Part shown: piece by piece, positions 32,806 to 41,467 of the stretch
How the letters are laid out: every line of letters begins with the position of its first letter
Position numbering within the stretch: the first letter of the stretch is position 1
NCBI GenBank assembly: GCA_963796685.1
Contig: CAWCMR010000025.1
Location: 512,001 to 576,000 of the forward strand
Direction of reading: 5' to 3'
Length of the DNA: 64,000 nt
DNA from: an uncultured delta proteobacterium
Lineage (GTDB): Bacteria; Myxococcota_A; Polyangia; Fen-1088
Notes under the pieces: model-generated
The model's database searches: none
Seen by the model: the letters and a program-made list of their open reading frames with translations, nothing else
What the model was told of the DNA's origin: nothing
Made by a program: the position numbers and the translations under genes

Positions 32806-33684
32806 ATGAGCGGCCAGACTCGAGCCATGGCTGACAGCTCGAACATCGCACCGGACAGTACCGCAGTACGTGTGGCTTTGTGGCGCGCCCTGCACGTCGA
32901 GGCCGATCCGCCGCCGCACGTGCTCGAGGACGACATCGCCCTCAAATTGGTGGCGCCCGACGAGGGCTGGCGCAATCGTCCCGACATGAGCGTTTTCACG
33001 CGGCCGTTTCGCGCCAGCATCGTCGCGCGTGCTCGCTTCATCGAAGATCGGGTGGCCGCGGAGGTCAGCCGCGGCGTCGGCCAGTACGTCATTCTCGGCG
33101 CCGGCCTCGACACGTTCGCGCAGCGGCGGCCGGACCTCTGCTCGCGCCTGCTGGTGTTCGAGGTCGACCGGCTGGGGCCGCAGGCGTGGAAGCGCCGACG
33201 TCTCGTCGAGCTCGGCTTTGGGGTCCCCGGGTTTCTGCGACTGGTTCCGGTGGACTTCGAGGCCGGCGATTCGTGGTGGCAACACCTCGCGGATGCCGGC
33301 TTCGAGACCAGCCGGCCTGCGCTGATCGCCTCCACCGGCGTCAGCATGTACCTGACCAAGGAAGCCATCGCGGCCACGCTGCGCCAGGTGGCCGGGCTTG
33401 CGCCGGGCTCGACGCTCGTCATGTCGTTCTTGTTGCCCATCGATAGGGCCGATCCCGAAGTGCGTCCCGGCATCGAGCGAGCCGTCCAAGGCGCGGCAGC
33501 CGCGGGCACGCCCTTCATCAGTTTCTTCACTCCTGCCGAGATGCTCGCCCTGGCCCGCGCCTCTGGCTTTCGCGCCCCCCAGCACGTGTCGGCAGCCGCC
33601 CTCGCAGAGCGCTATTTTGCCGGCCGCAGCGACGGCCTTCGGCCGCCCGACAATTCGGAAGAGCTGCTGGTCGCGACGACGTAG
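32806..33684 (+). CDS. SAM-dependent methyltransferase (LCM-like family)
   Basis: TAVRVALWRA, RARFIED, QYVILGAGLDT, FEVD, GVSMYL. Confidence 0.92.
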   Translation: MSGQTRAMADSSNIAPDSTAVRVALWRALHVEADPPPHVLEDDIALKLVAPDEGWRNRPDMSVFTRPFRASIVARARFIEDRVAAEVSRGVGQYVILGAGLDTFAQRRPDLCSRLLVFEVDRLGPQAWKRRRLVELGFGVPGFLRLVPVDFEAGDSWWQHLADAGFETSRPALIASTGVSMYLTKEAIAATLRQVAGLAPGSTLVMSFLLPIDRADPEVRPGIERAVQGAAAAGTPFISFFTPAEMLALARASGFRAPQHVSAAALAERYFAGRSDGLRPPDNSEELLVATT

Positions 33685-33776
33685 CCGAGTCTCTGGCGGT
33701 GGCGTGCCGTCGGTCTCCACGGGCACCCACCTGGTTTGGCCAAGTCACCGGTGCCGAGGGCCAGGCCTTGCCAGCT

Positions 33777-34715
33777 TCAGCGCCCGGCCGCGAAAAGGCC
33801 GTCGGGGTCGAAGCGCTGGCGGAGGGCGGCCAGGCGCTCGATGTCGACGCCGGACTGGGCGTTGGCCCGCTCTTCGGCATCGGCATCTGCGGTGAGGAAA
33901 TTGATATAGCCGCCGCCCCGGCAGTGCTGATGCACGCGCTCCCAGGTCTCGCGCACCCAGGCGAGGTTGAGGTCGTCCTCATGGGGGTCGTCCCACGCAC
34001 TCGCCACCACGATGATGAAGCGTGCATCCCGATGCCCGGCAGCATTGGTTTCGCCGGCAACCCGGGCGACCTCACCGCCCAGCTGGAGGATCTTCACGTT
34101 GGCGTGCAGCGATGGCAGCCGCCGCGTGGCCGCGAGCAGGATAGCCAACGTGGCATCGTCCAGGTCACCGATGTACTCGCTCTTCCAGTAGTCGCGACGG
34201 CCCTTGGGTTCTCCGGCGTCGAACATCGCCTGAAAGTCGACGAAGCGCCGCGCTTGGATCAAATCGGCCAAGGGCGCACCACCTTGGCGCAGCTCGGACA
34301 GAGCGTGGGCCGCGTCGGTCTCGGTCCCGCCGTGGCAGACCACCACGATTCCCGCCGGCTTTCCCTGCATCGACTTGGGAAGGAAGGGCGCGGCGGGCGC
34401 GGCACAGAGCTTGAGCATGCACCCCATCTCGTCCGGGGCCAACGCAGCCATGGCCCGGAATTGCTCGGCAACCTCTTGCGTTCGTTCGCTTTCGCGCACC
34501 AGCAACCCAGCAACCACCATCGTGCCCATCGGCCGCAGCCGAAAACGGAAGCGCGTAACGACGCCAAAGCCGCCGCCGCCGCCACGCAGCGCCCACAGCA
34601 GCTCTTGGTGCTGCCGCGCATTGGCAACCAACACCTCGCCGGTGCCGGCGACGACCTCTGCCTCATCCAGGTAGTCGCAGGTCAAACCGAAACGGCGCGA
34701 CAACCAAAGCATTGT
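33777..34715 (-). pseudogene. 5'-truncated FAD-binding (BBE-like) oxidoreductase
   Basis: WLSRRFGLTCD..LLWALRGGGGGFGVVT..YINF..FDPDGLF; N-terminal FAD-binding region absent. Confidence 0.75.
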
Positions 34716-34852
34716 TTCGAGACCGGCACTGCGACCAAGAGGCGTCCGGCCTCGGTCGACGAACCGGCAGGAAAGGCACCGGTGTCGGCCGCGTGGCCTC
34801 GTCTGCGCCGAAAAGGGGTGATGGCATCGCCCGGCCTCGGTTCGGGCGGGTC

Positions 34853-35406
34853 CTACATCGTGCAGAATGCCGACACTGCCAAGGACTGGGCAGAGGTCAG
34901 CACAGAGCAGGCTCCCACGCTGCAATTGCCACTGACACAGCGATCGCTTTCCACACAGGATGTGCCAGCGGACAGTCTAGCCACGCAGACCGAGTGACTC
35001 GTCCCATTGGCCGCGCAATAGTCCGCATCGTCGCAGACTACCATATTGTCGCAGTCTTGTCCGACTGAGACACGGGTGGAAGCGCAGACCTCGGGGGTGG
35101 AAGCGCAGGGGAAGCCACAACGGGATTGGCTGTCGCCGGGATCGAGTCGGCAAGGCGCGCCCCAGCTTGCGCAATTCGACGCCGCTTCCTGGCCCCCCAT
35201 GCAGATGATCCACGTGTCTCCCTCGCAGCGCGCGCCAGCGGTGCTGGAATCGCAGGCGGTGGCGCGTTTGGCGTCGACAAGGTGCCGCCATCGGACGCCG
35301 AGAGGGTGCTGCCATCAACGGAGGACGCGTGCTTGTGGCTGTCGCACGAAATGGCCAGCAAGGTCGGGAACAGGAGCATTAGAAGGGCAAGGCGAGTTTG
35401 TGGCAT
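34853..35406 (-). CDS. Small Cys-rich lipoprotein (frameshift near 35280)
   Basis: MPQTRLALLMLLFPTLLAISC lipobox; other frame continues ATACDSSTAGARCEGDTWIICMGG..CVSGNCSVGAC. Confidence 0.6.
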
Positions 35407-35431
35407 GGCAAATCCTTTGAACGTCGGGCGA

Positions 35432-37096
35432 TCACTGCTCGAAGGGACCAAGATCCACGGGCGCGCGGCGAACGACGCCAGCGCGGTCGATGGGGACCTC
35501 GGGCAGCAGGTTGCCGAAATCGAGCCACGGCGTGGTGGCGGTAGGGGCGAAGGCCGCGGGGTCGTGGCCAACCGAGGTGGGAAAGGCCGCGAACCAGGTC
35601 GGGTCGAGGCTGGGGACGACACGCTCGCTGGCGGTGGGACTGTAGGCCGGCGAGCTGTCGTCAGAGCCGAAATACCCCGAGACCCAGGCGTTGTGCTCGA
35701 AGGTGGTGGCCTGCACCGTGGTGGCGTCGGTGGCCAGAAGCTGGCCGTTGGCATTGGCGGTGACGGTGGTGCCGCTGATGGTGAGCGCGACGACGACGTT
35801 GTTCCTGAACTGGTTGCCGGTCGAGTCGTTGGTGACGCCGATGGCCTGTCGGTCGTTCACCTGGGTAATGAAGAGATTGTGCGCCACCAGGTTGTTGGAC
35901 GAGCCGAGCTTGGGGTTGTCTGTCTCTTGCCAGAAGCTCGCTCCGTGCTTCGCCGGCAAGGCGAAGATGTTGTTCTTGATGGTGCTGTTTCTGACCGAGG
36001 TGAAGTTGGGCCCTTGCGCCAGGCTGTGGTGGAAGAAATTGCTGTCGATCAACATGAAGTCGGAGGCACCGCGGCCCCCGGTCGGGCCGCTGCCCGCGAC
36101 CGCATCGCACTCGGGATCGTCGTAGGCCACGCCGTCGTCGGAGCAAGTGGATAGGGGATCCGCGTTGATCTGGAAGTCGGACGAGGCGGTGTTGTAGGTC
36201 TCGTTGTAGCGGGCGATGTTCCAGTCGCTGCCGTTGCTCAGGTAAATGCCGTGTCCGTCGCCGCTGCCCGAGTCGTGGCCGATGCAGCTTTCGATCACCA
36301 GCCAATCGGACTCACCGGTGAAGAAAGGATCCTTGTTTTGCCCGTGGCCGATGTCGTTCAGGACAGCCGTGCCTTTCTGGTGCTGGTTCGCGGGATAGCC
36401 CGAGCCGACGGCGCGCACGCCATAGTCGCCGCCGATCAGCTCGAACCCATCCACCGCAACGTAGTCGGAGGCTTCCAGGTTGATGCAGGTCTTGCGACCG
36501 CTGCTGCAACAATTGATGGTCACCGCGGGTGAGCCGTCGGCCTTGCGCTCACCGACGAGCACGATGGGGTTGTCGTAACTGCCGCCGTGATCCGAGTCGA
36601 GCTCGTAACACCCGGAATAGCTGCCAGCGGTGAAGACGACCATGGTGCCGGGAACAACCGCTGCCAAGGCTGTGGCCACGCTTGTGGGGCTCGCACGCGA
36701 GCTGCCGTTGCCGGTGCCGTTCGGACTGACGTACACGGTGCTCGACGGCTGCCAGGCGCAATCCGTGTAGTACCGATTGAATTTCTCGGAGAAGCCGAAG
36801 TATTGCCCGCCTCGCGCGACAGCGGGCTCCGTCCCCGAGGCCGTGCAGCCGCCGTCGATACCGCTTCCGCCGCCCGTGCCAACGCCACCCGTGCCCTGCA
36901 GGCCCCCTAGCCCGCCGCTGCCTGCGCCACCCGCGCTCGGCTGCCCGCCGGCACCGCCGACGCCGCGATCCGGACCCGGGCCATCTTGGCCGGCCGCACC
37001 GTCGCGCACGCCCGTGCTCGAGCTGCAGCTTACCGACAGCAGCAGGCCAAGGATGAGACGCACCGTCCACGTCAGCTTGGCGTTCATGACCAGCAT
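35432..37096 (-). CDS. Lipoprotein with right-handed beta-helix (pectin-lyase-like) domain
   Basis: LSVSC lipobox, Gly-rich linker, VYVSPNG, HGIYLSNGSD, Asn-ladder repeats, DLGPFE terminus. Confidence 0.82.
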   Translation of the reverse strand: MLVMNAKLTWTVRLILGLLLSVSCSSSTGVRDGAAGQDGPGPDRGVGGAGGQPSAGGAGSGGLGGLQGTGGVGTGGGSGIDGGCTASGTEPAVARGGQYFGFSEKFNRYYTDCAWQPSSTVYVSPNGTGNGSSRASPTSVATALAAVVPGTMVVFTAGSYSGCYELDSDHGGSYDNPIVLVGERKADGSPAVTINCCSSGRKTCINLEASDYVAVDGFELIGGDYGVRAVGSGYPANQHQKGTAVLNDIGHGQNKDPFFTGESDWLVIESCIGHDSGSGDGHGIYLSNGSDWNIARYNETYNTASSDFQINADPLSTCSDDGVAYDDPECDAVAGSGPTGGRGASDFMLIDSNFFHHSLAQGPNFTSVRNSTIKNNIFALPAKHGASFWQETDNPKLGSSNNLVAHNLFITQVNDRQAIGVTNDSTGNQFRNNVVVALTISGTTVTANANGQLLATDATTVQATTFEHNAWVSGYFGSDDSSPAYSPTASERVVPSLDPTWFAAFPTSVGHDPAAFAPTATTPWLDFGNLLPEVPIDRAGVVRRAPVDLGPFEQ

Positions 37097-37250
37097 GGTA
37101 ACGCGCTTTCCGCAGTTAGGGGATCGCTGCGGTGACGGTTCTTTGTAGGCGAATGTCGGGCGATGCGGGTACTGGCGTTGCTGACAACCCGTGCCCGCAC
37201 GCAGCCTCCGTCGGACGGAGGTCCAGGTTTCTCGACACTATGTCGATTTT

Positions 37251-37279
37251 TGACCGGGAACGACCGGACACGCGGTCTA
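37251..37279 (+). promoter_or_regulatory. Putative ECF promoter (autoregulatory)
   Basis: TGACC-N18-GGTCTA just upstream of the ECF gene; same motif and spacing at 41359-41387. Confidence 0.6.
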
Positions 37280-37303
37280 TTCCAATGAGGACTCGCCGAC
37301 GCT

Positions 37304-37927
37304 ATGCCCACGCTTCCCTCTCACGTTCCCCTGTCCCTGGTCGTGGATCGGGATTGCCGCGCCGCCAGCGACGGTGACGTCGCACGGGCGCTGAGCGCCG
37401 GGGAAGGCTGGGCCGCGGTGGAGACGTGGCGACGGTTCGCCCCCATGGTGTTGACGCTGGCAAGGCGCGCCCTGGGCTCTCAGTCCGAGGCAGAGGATGT
37501 CGGGCAAGAGGTCTTCTCCCGCGTGTACCGCAAAGTGAAAACGCTGCGCGAGCCCGACAGCTTCCGCAACTTCGTCTACGCCAGTGCCCTTCGCGTGCTT
37601 CAGACCGAGCTCCACCGCAAGAAGATGCGCGCGTGGCTTTCCTTCGAGCAGCCTGATTTGCTCGATGGCCAAGGGCGCGAAACGCTGGACGTGGAGTCAC
37701 GCGATCTGTTGCGAAGGTTCTATGATCTGCTCGAACGGCTGGCGCCGCGCGACCGGATCGTGTTCGTCCTGAGGCGCGTCGAGTCGATGACCGTGGAAGA
37801 GATCGCCGCCGCCATGGGGACTTCGGAATCCACGGTGAAGCGATCGCTGGCGCGCGCTTCGAACCGCCTGTCGCGCTGGATGGAGGAAGATACACGCTCG
37901 GCCGACGGGGGGAGATGGCAACCATGA
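37304..37927 (+). CDS. ECF RNA polymerase sigma factor
   Basis: AEDVGQEVF, LREPDSFRNFV, VLRRVESMTVEEIA..STVKRSL. Confidence 0.93.
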   Translation: MPTLPSHVPLSLVVDRDCRAASDGDVARALSAGEGWAAVETWRRFAPMVLTLARRALGSQSEAEDVGQEVFSRVYRKVKTLREPDSFRNFVYASALRVLQTELHRKKMRAWLSFEQPDLLDGQGRETLDVESRDLLRRFYDLLERLAPRDRIVFVLRRVESMTVEEIAAAMGTSESTVKRSLARASNRLSRWMEEDTRSADGGRWQP

Positions 37928-39213
37928 GGACGACGACCAGTGAAACCAAGGACTGCCCGGCACTCATCGAGATGATCGACCTTTGCCGCAACAAACTGGG
38001 ACCGCCAACCGCGGCGGAGCTCGACCAGGGGCTCGACGGGTTCCTCGCCCGCATTGCGCCGACCGAGCGTCGCCCGCGGAGACTCGTTCGCTGGTCGCTG
38101 GCGGGTATTGCCGTCGCGCTGTGCACCTTGGTTGCTGTGCAGGTCGCTTCGGTTTTTCGGAGGCGCTCGCTTTCTCGTGAGGAACCAGCGCTTACTTACC
38201 GGGTCGATGGCGGCAGTGTCCTTCAGGGCGGATATCTTCGTGAATCCGGCCACGCCGGGATGAGCGTGCTGTTCAACGAGGGAAGCAGACTGACGCTCAC
38301 GCCGGGAGCGCGCAGCCAGCTCCGCGTGGTCGACCGCGACTCGGCCCACGTGAGCATCGAGCGCGGCAAGGCGTCCTTCCAGGTCGTGCACAAAAACAAT
38401 CGACGCTGGTTGGTCGACGCCGGCCCGTTCTTGGTAACGGTCACCGGAACCGTCTTCACGGTGTCGTGGGATCCGCTGAGCGAGGAGCTCGATCTCCGGC
38501 TGCTCCAAGGCAAGGTCGTAGTGAGTGGTCCGGTCTCGTCTGGTGAAATCGCGTTACGGGCTGGCCAGCGCCTGCTGGCCAATCTTACCAAGGCGGAGAT
38601 GGTCATCACCGACGAGCTGCCGGAGCAAACCAGCAGCGCACCTCCCGGCGCTGCCAGGGTGCCAGTGGTGCCCCCGCCCGGGCTACAGCCGTCGCCGCCC
38701 GAGCCATCCCCAACACCGGCGACCTCTGCGGTCGCCAGTCTGGTGCACGACCATCAATGGAGCCGCAAGTTGGCGCGGGGCGAGTGGGACCGTATCCTCC
38801 AGGACGCCAGGCGCATCGGGGTTGAGACGACGCTGGCCCAAGCCTCCAGCGAAGACCTCTTCGCTCTCGCCAACGCGGCTCGCTACCGACACCTCCTCGA
38901 ACTGGCTCGCGCCGCGCTGCTTGCCGAACGGCGACGCTTTCCCGGGTCGCAGCGGGCGCTGGAAGCGATCTACCTGCTTGGTCGCGTGGAGGAATCGCGG
39001 GAAGCCGGAACCGCCGAGGCAATCGCATGGTACGATGAGTATCTTGTCCGCGCGCCGACCGGCCCGCTCGTGGGAGAAGCTTTGGGACGCAAGATGACCC
39101 TCACCGACAAGCTCGAAGGACCAGCCCGGGCGCGCTCCCTGGCCGAAGAGTATCTTCGCCGCTTCCCCAAGGGGAACTATGCTGGATCGGCGCGCGAGCT
39201 CCTCGCACCGTGA
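37924..39213 (+). CDS. FecR-domain anti-sigma factor with C-terminal TPR-like region
   Basis: One TM; WLVDAGPFLVTVTGTVFTVSWDP; Pro linker; RFPGS..YLLGR..YLRRFPKG; ATGA coupling to the sigma gene. Confidence 0.87.
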   Translation: MRTTTSETKDCPALIEMIDLCRNKLGPPTAAELDQGLDGFLARIAPTERRPRRLVRWSLAGIAVALCTLVAVQVASVFRRRSLSREEPALTYRVDGGSVLQGGYLRESGHAGMSVLFNEGSRLTLTPGARSQLRVVDRDSAHVSIERGKASFQVVHKNNRRWLVDAGPFLVTVTGTVFTVSWDPLSEELDLRLLQGKVVVSGPVSSGEIALRAGQRLLANLTKAEMVITDELPEQTSSAPPGAARVPVVPPPGLQPSPPEPSPTPATSAVASLVHDHQWSRKLARGEWDRILQDARRIGVETTLAQASSEDLFALANAARYRHLLELARAALLAERRRFPGSQRALEAIYLLGRVEESREAGTAEAIAWYDEYLVRAPTGPLVGEALGRKMTLTDKLEGPARARSLAEEYLRRFPKGNYAGSARELLAP

Positions 39214-39223
39214 CCAAGGCCCA

Positions 39224-40270
39224 TTGAACCGCCTGCGCCTTGGGCTCAGTCTTGCGACGCTCCTGGGATGGACCGTCTGGACCACGCCAGCGCGGGCGGC
39301 CACGGTAGCCATTCTGTGGCCACCTGCCCCTTGCGCCGATGTGACCCAGGCATTGACTCTCCTGCGTGGAGAGTTGTTGTCGGTGGGCCTTGAGGTCACG
39401 GAGTCCGATCAGGCAGCCGCCCGCGCTCGCGGGGGAGCCGACTCGGTATCGTGGCTGGAAGCCTTTGCAGCACAAGGTGCGGTCGCCGTGGTCGAGACGA
39501 TTGGAACCGGTGCGCTGGAGGGGCTTGACGTGTGGGTGGTGAAGGCGCGCCCACAACGATTCGAGGTCACTCGGGTTGCCATCGAACCCGATGCTCCAAG
39601 GCAGCCGGAAATGCTGGCCCTTCGCGCGGTCGAAGCCTTGCGCGCGGGCCTTCTCCAGAGCGATTGGGCAGCACGAAAGCGACACCAAGAACCCATCGCC
39701 AAGCCACCGACGGTCGCCGCGCCCACGGGCGCGGGACAGCAGGCCGCGAGTCATGACGAGCGCGTTGGCATCGAGGTTGGAGCCGCTGCAATCATGAGCC
39801 TGGACGGACTCGGCCCTGCGGTGTTGTCGACCGCGCGCGTGGGCTGGGCGGTTCGCCCCTGGCTCGTGATGCAAGCTTCGGTGGCGGGAATAGGGAGCTG
39901 GTCCACAGTGACGACCGCGGCGGGCGACGCGCGGGTCGCCCAGCAATACGCCGTCATCGGGGGCATCTGTCGTCTTCGCTCGACCGAGCGGCTGTGGCCT
40001 TTTCTTGGCCTCGCGGCCGGGGCACTGCGCACGTCCGTCGAAGGGCAAACCGGCTGGAGCACAGGAGGCGGGACCCCGGAGCGATGGTCGGGCGTGGTCG
40101 ACGTGAGCTTGGGAGCGGGGATTCGCCTCTACGGCCGATTGTACGTGAGCTTCGCTGCACACGTCCAGGTGGCCGAGCCCTATGTGGCCGTTCACATTGC
40201 CGACACGGTCGGGGCCACCTCCGGGCGCCCCAATCTGCTGTTGACCCTTACCGTGGGTGCTTGGTTATGA
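39224..40270 (+). CDS. Secreted protein with probable C-terminal beta-barrel
   Basis: Signal peptide (PARAA), LALRAVEALRA helix, alternating beta strands, ends LTLTVGAWL. Confidence 0.72.
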   Translation: MNRLRLGLSLATLLGWTVWTTPARAATVAILWPPAPCADVTQALTLLRGELLSVGLEVTESDQAAARARGGADSVSWLEAFAAQGAVAVVETIGTGALEGLDVWVVKARPQRFEVTRVAIEPDAPRQPEMLALRAVEALRAGLLQSDWAARKRHQEPIAKPPTVAAPTGAGQQAASHDERVGIEVGAAAIMSLDGLGPAVLSTARVGWAVRPWLVMQASVAGIGSWSTVTTAAGDARVAQQYAVIGGICRLRSTERLWPFLGLAAGALRTSVEGQTGWSTGGGTPERWSGVVDVSLGAGIRLYGRLYVSFAAHVQVAEPYVAVHIADTVGATSGRPNLLLTLTVGAWL

Positions 40271-41342
40271 AGTCGGGAACGCCCGCCGGGCTTCTGTGCG
40301 TTCTTTGCATCCTGGCCAACACCACCGCATGTTGGCGCACCGACGTTTATCTGGTGACGGCCGACAGCGGCATGGGTGCTGGCGGTGCTGCGGATGGTGG
40401 AACGACCGGCGTGGTGCCGAGCGCCGGTTGCGGAAAGGCATCGACCATCGCTTTTGCGGCGGTTCCGAATCAGGACCCGAGTGCGGCGCCAGGGTCGGGG
40501 CACACGCTGGGACATGGTGTCGGCGGCTACGTCACCCTTCAGAGCAGCGGCAAGACAAGGACCTTCACCATGAGGCTTCCCGACGACTACGACCCGAACC
40601 ACCCTTACTGGTTGAGCTTCACCTTTCACCCCGCGGGCGGCAACACCTACGGAATCGACAACGGCGGAAACAATGGGTACGTCATGGCCTACTACGGACT
40701 CCAAAATCTGTCGAACAATGGTGCGTTCTTCGTGGCACCCGACGGATTGAACGGCGGGTGGGCAAACTCCAACGGGGAAGACCTGAAATTCGTCGACGAT
40801 ATGGTCGAGCTGATCGAGGACAACTACTGCATCGACACCACGCACCTCTTCGCGCAAGGGTTCGCCTGGGGTGGCGGCATGACCTACGAAATCGCATGCG
40901 CCCGCGCGAAGGTCTTCCGCGGGGTCGCGATCTACGAAGGCGCAGTCTTCAGCGGGTGTGACAATGGCAATGACCCGATCGCGTACTGGCAGATGGTCGG
41001 GCTTACCGACAGCACGTGCACCATCGACCTGGCAAGGCCGATGCGCGACCAGTTTGCCAAGAACAACGGCTGCACGCTCCCCGCCACCGAGCCACCCGAG
41101 CCACCTCAGCCTCCACCCTACTTGAACCCCGGAGGGCACGCTGTGCACGGACTACGCCGGATGTTCCAGCGGCCACCCCCTGCGCTGGTGCGTGCATCAG
41201 TCAGGTCTCGGCAACGCCATCGTCGACGGGACCTCGGATTCTCTACAACTCGTGCGCGACGGCTCCCAAGACCTGCTCGACCTCGTGTCCTTGCACCTGG
41301 GTTCCGGAAGACGTGTGGTCCTGGATGACGAAGAGCTTCTAG
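40267..41342 (+). CDS. CE1 feruloyl-esterase / PHB-depolymerase-like lipoprotein with substituted catalytic residues (frameshifts near 41140 and 41240)
   Basis: LPDDYDPNHPY, FVAPDGLNGGW, DLKFVDDM, GFAWGGGM, FAKNNGC, YAGCSSGHPLRWC; ATGA coupling to the upstream gene. Confidence 0.8.
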
Positions 41343-41358
41343 AGCACCGAACGATTGT

Positions 41359-41387
41359 TGAACCGAAATGCCAGGGGGCCTGGTCTA
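41359..41387 (+). promoter_or_regulatory. Putative ECF promoter for the GH29 gene
   Basis: TGAAC-N18-GGTCTA, matching 37251-37279. Confidence 0.6.
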
Positions 41388-41467
41388 CAAGGGTGGCCCC
41401 TCGGCGTTCTGTTGGCCCGACCAACCAGACCGGGAGGCCGCAGTGTAGTCGCGCATCAAGGAGAATC

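Noticed and set aside
41192-41467. N-terminal extension of the GH29 ORF
   Set aside because: Overlaps the frameshifted esterase tail and the promoter; ATG 41468 has an RBS and a lipoprotein signal
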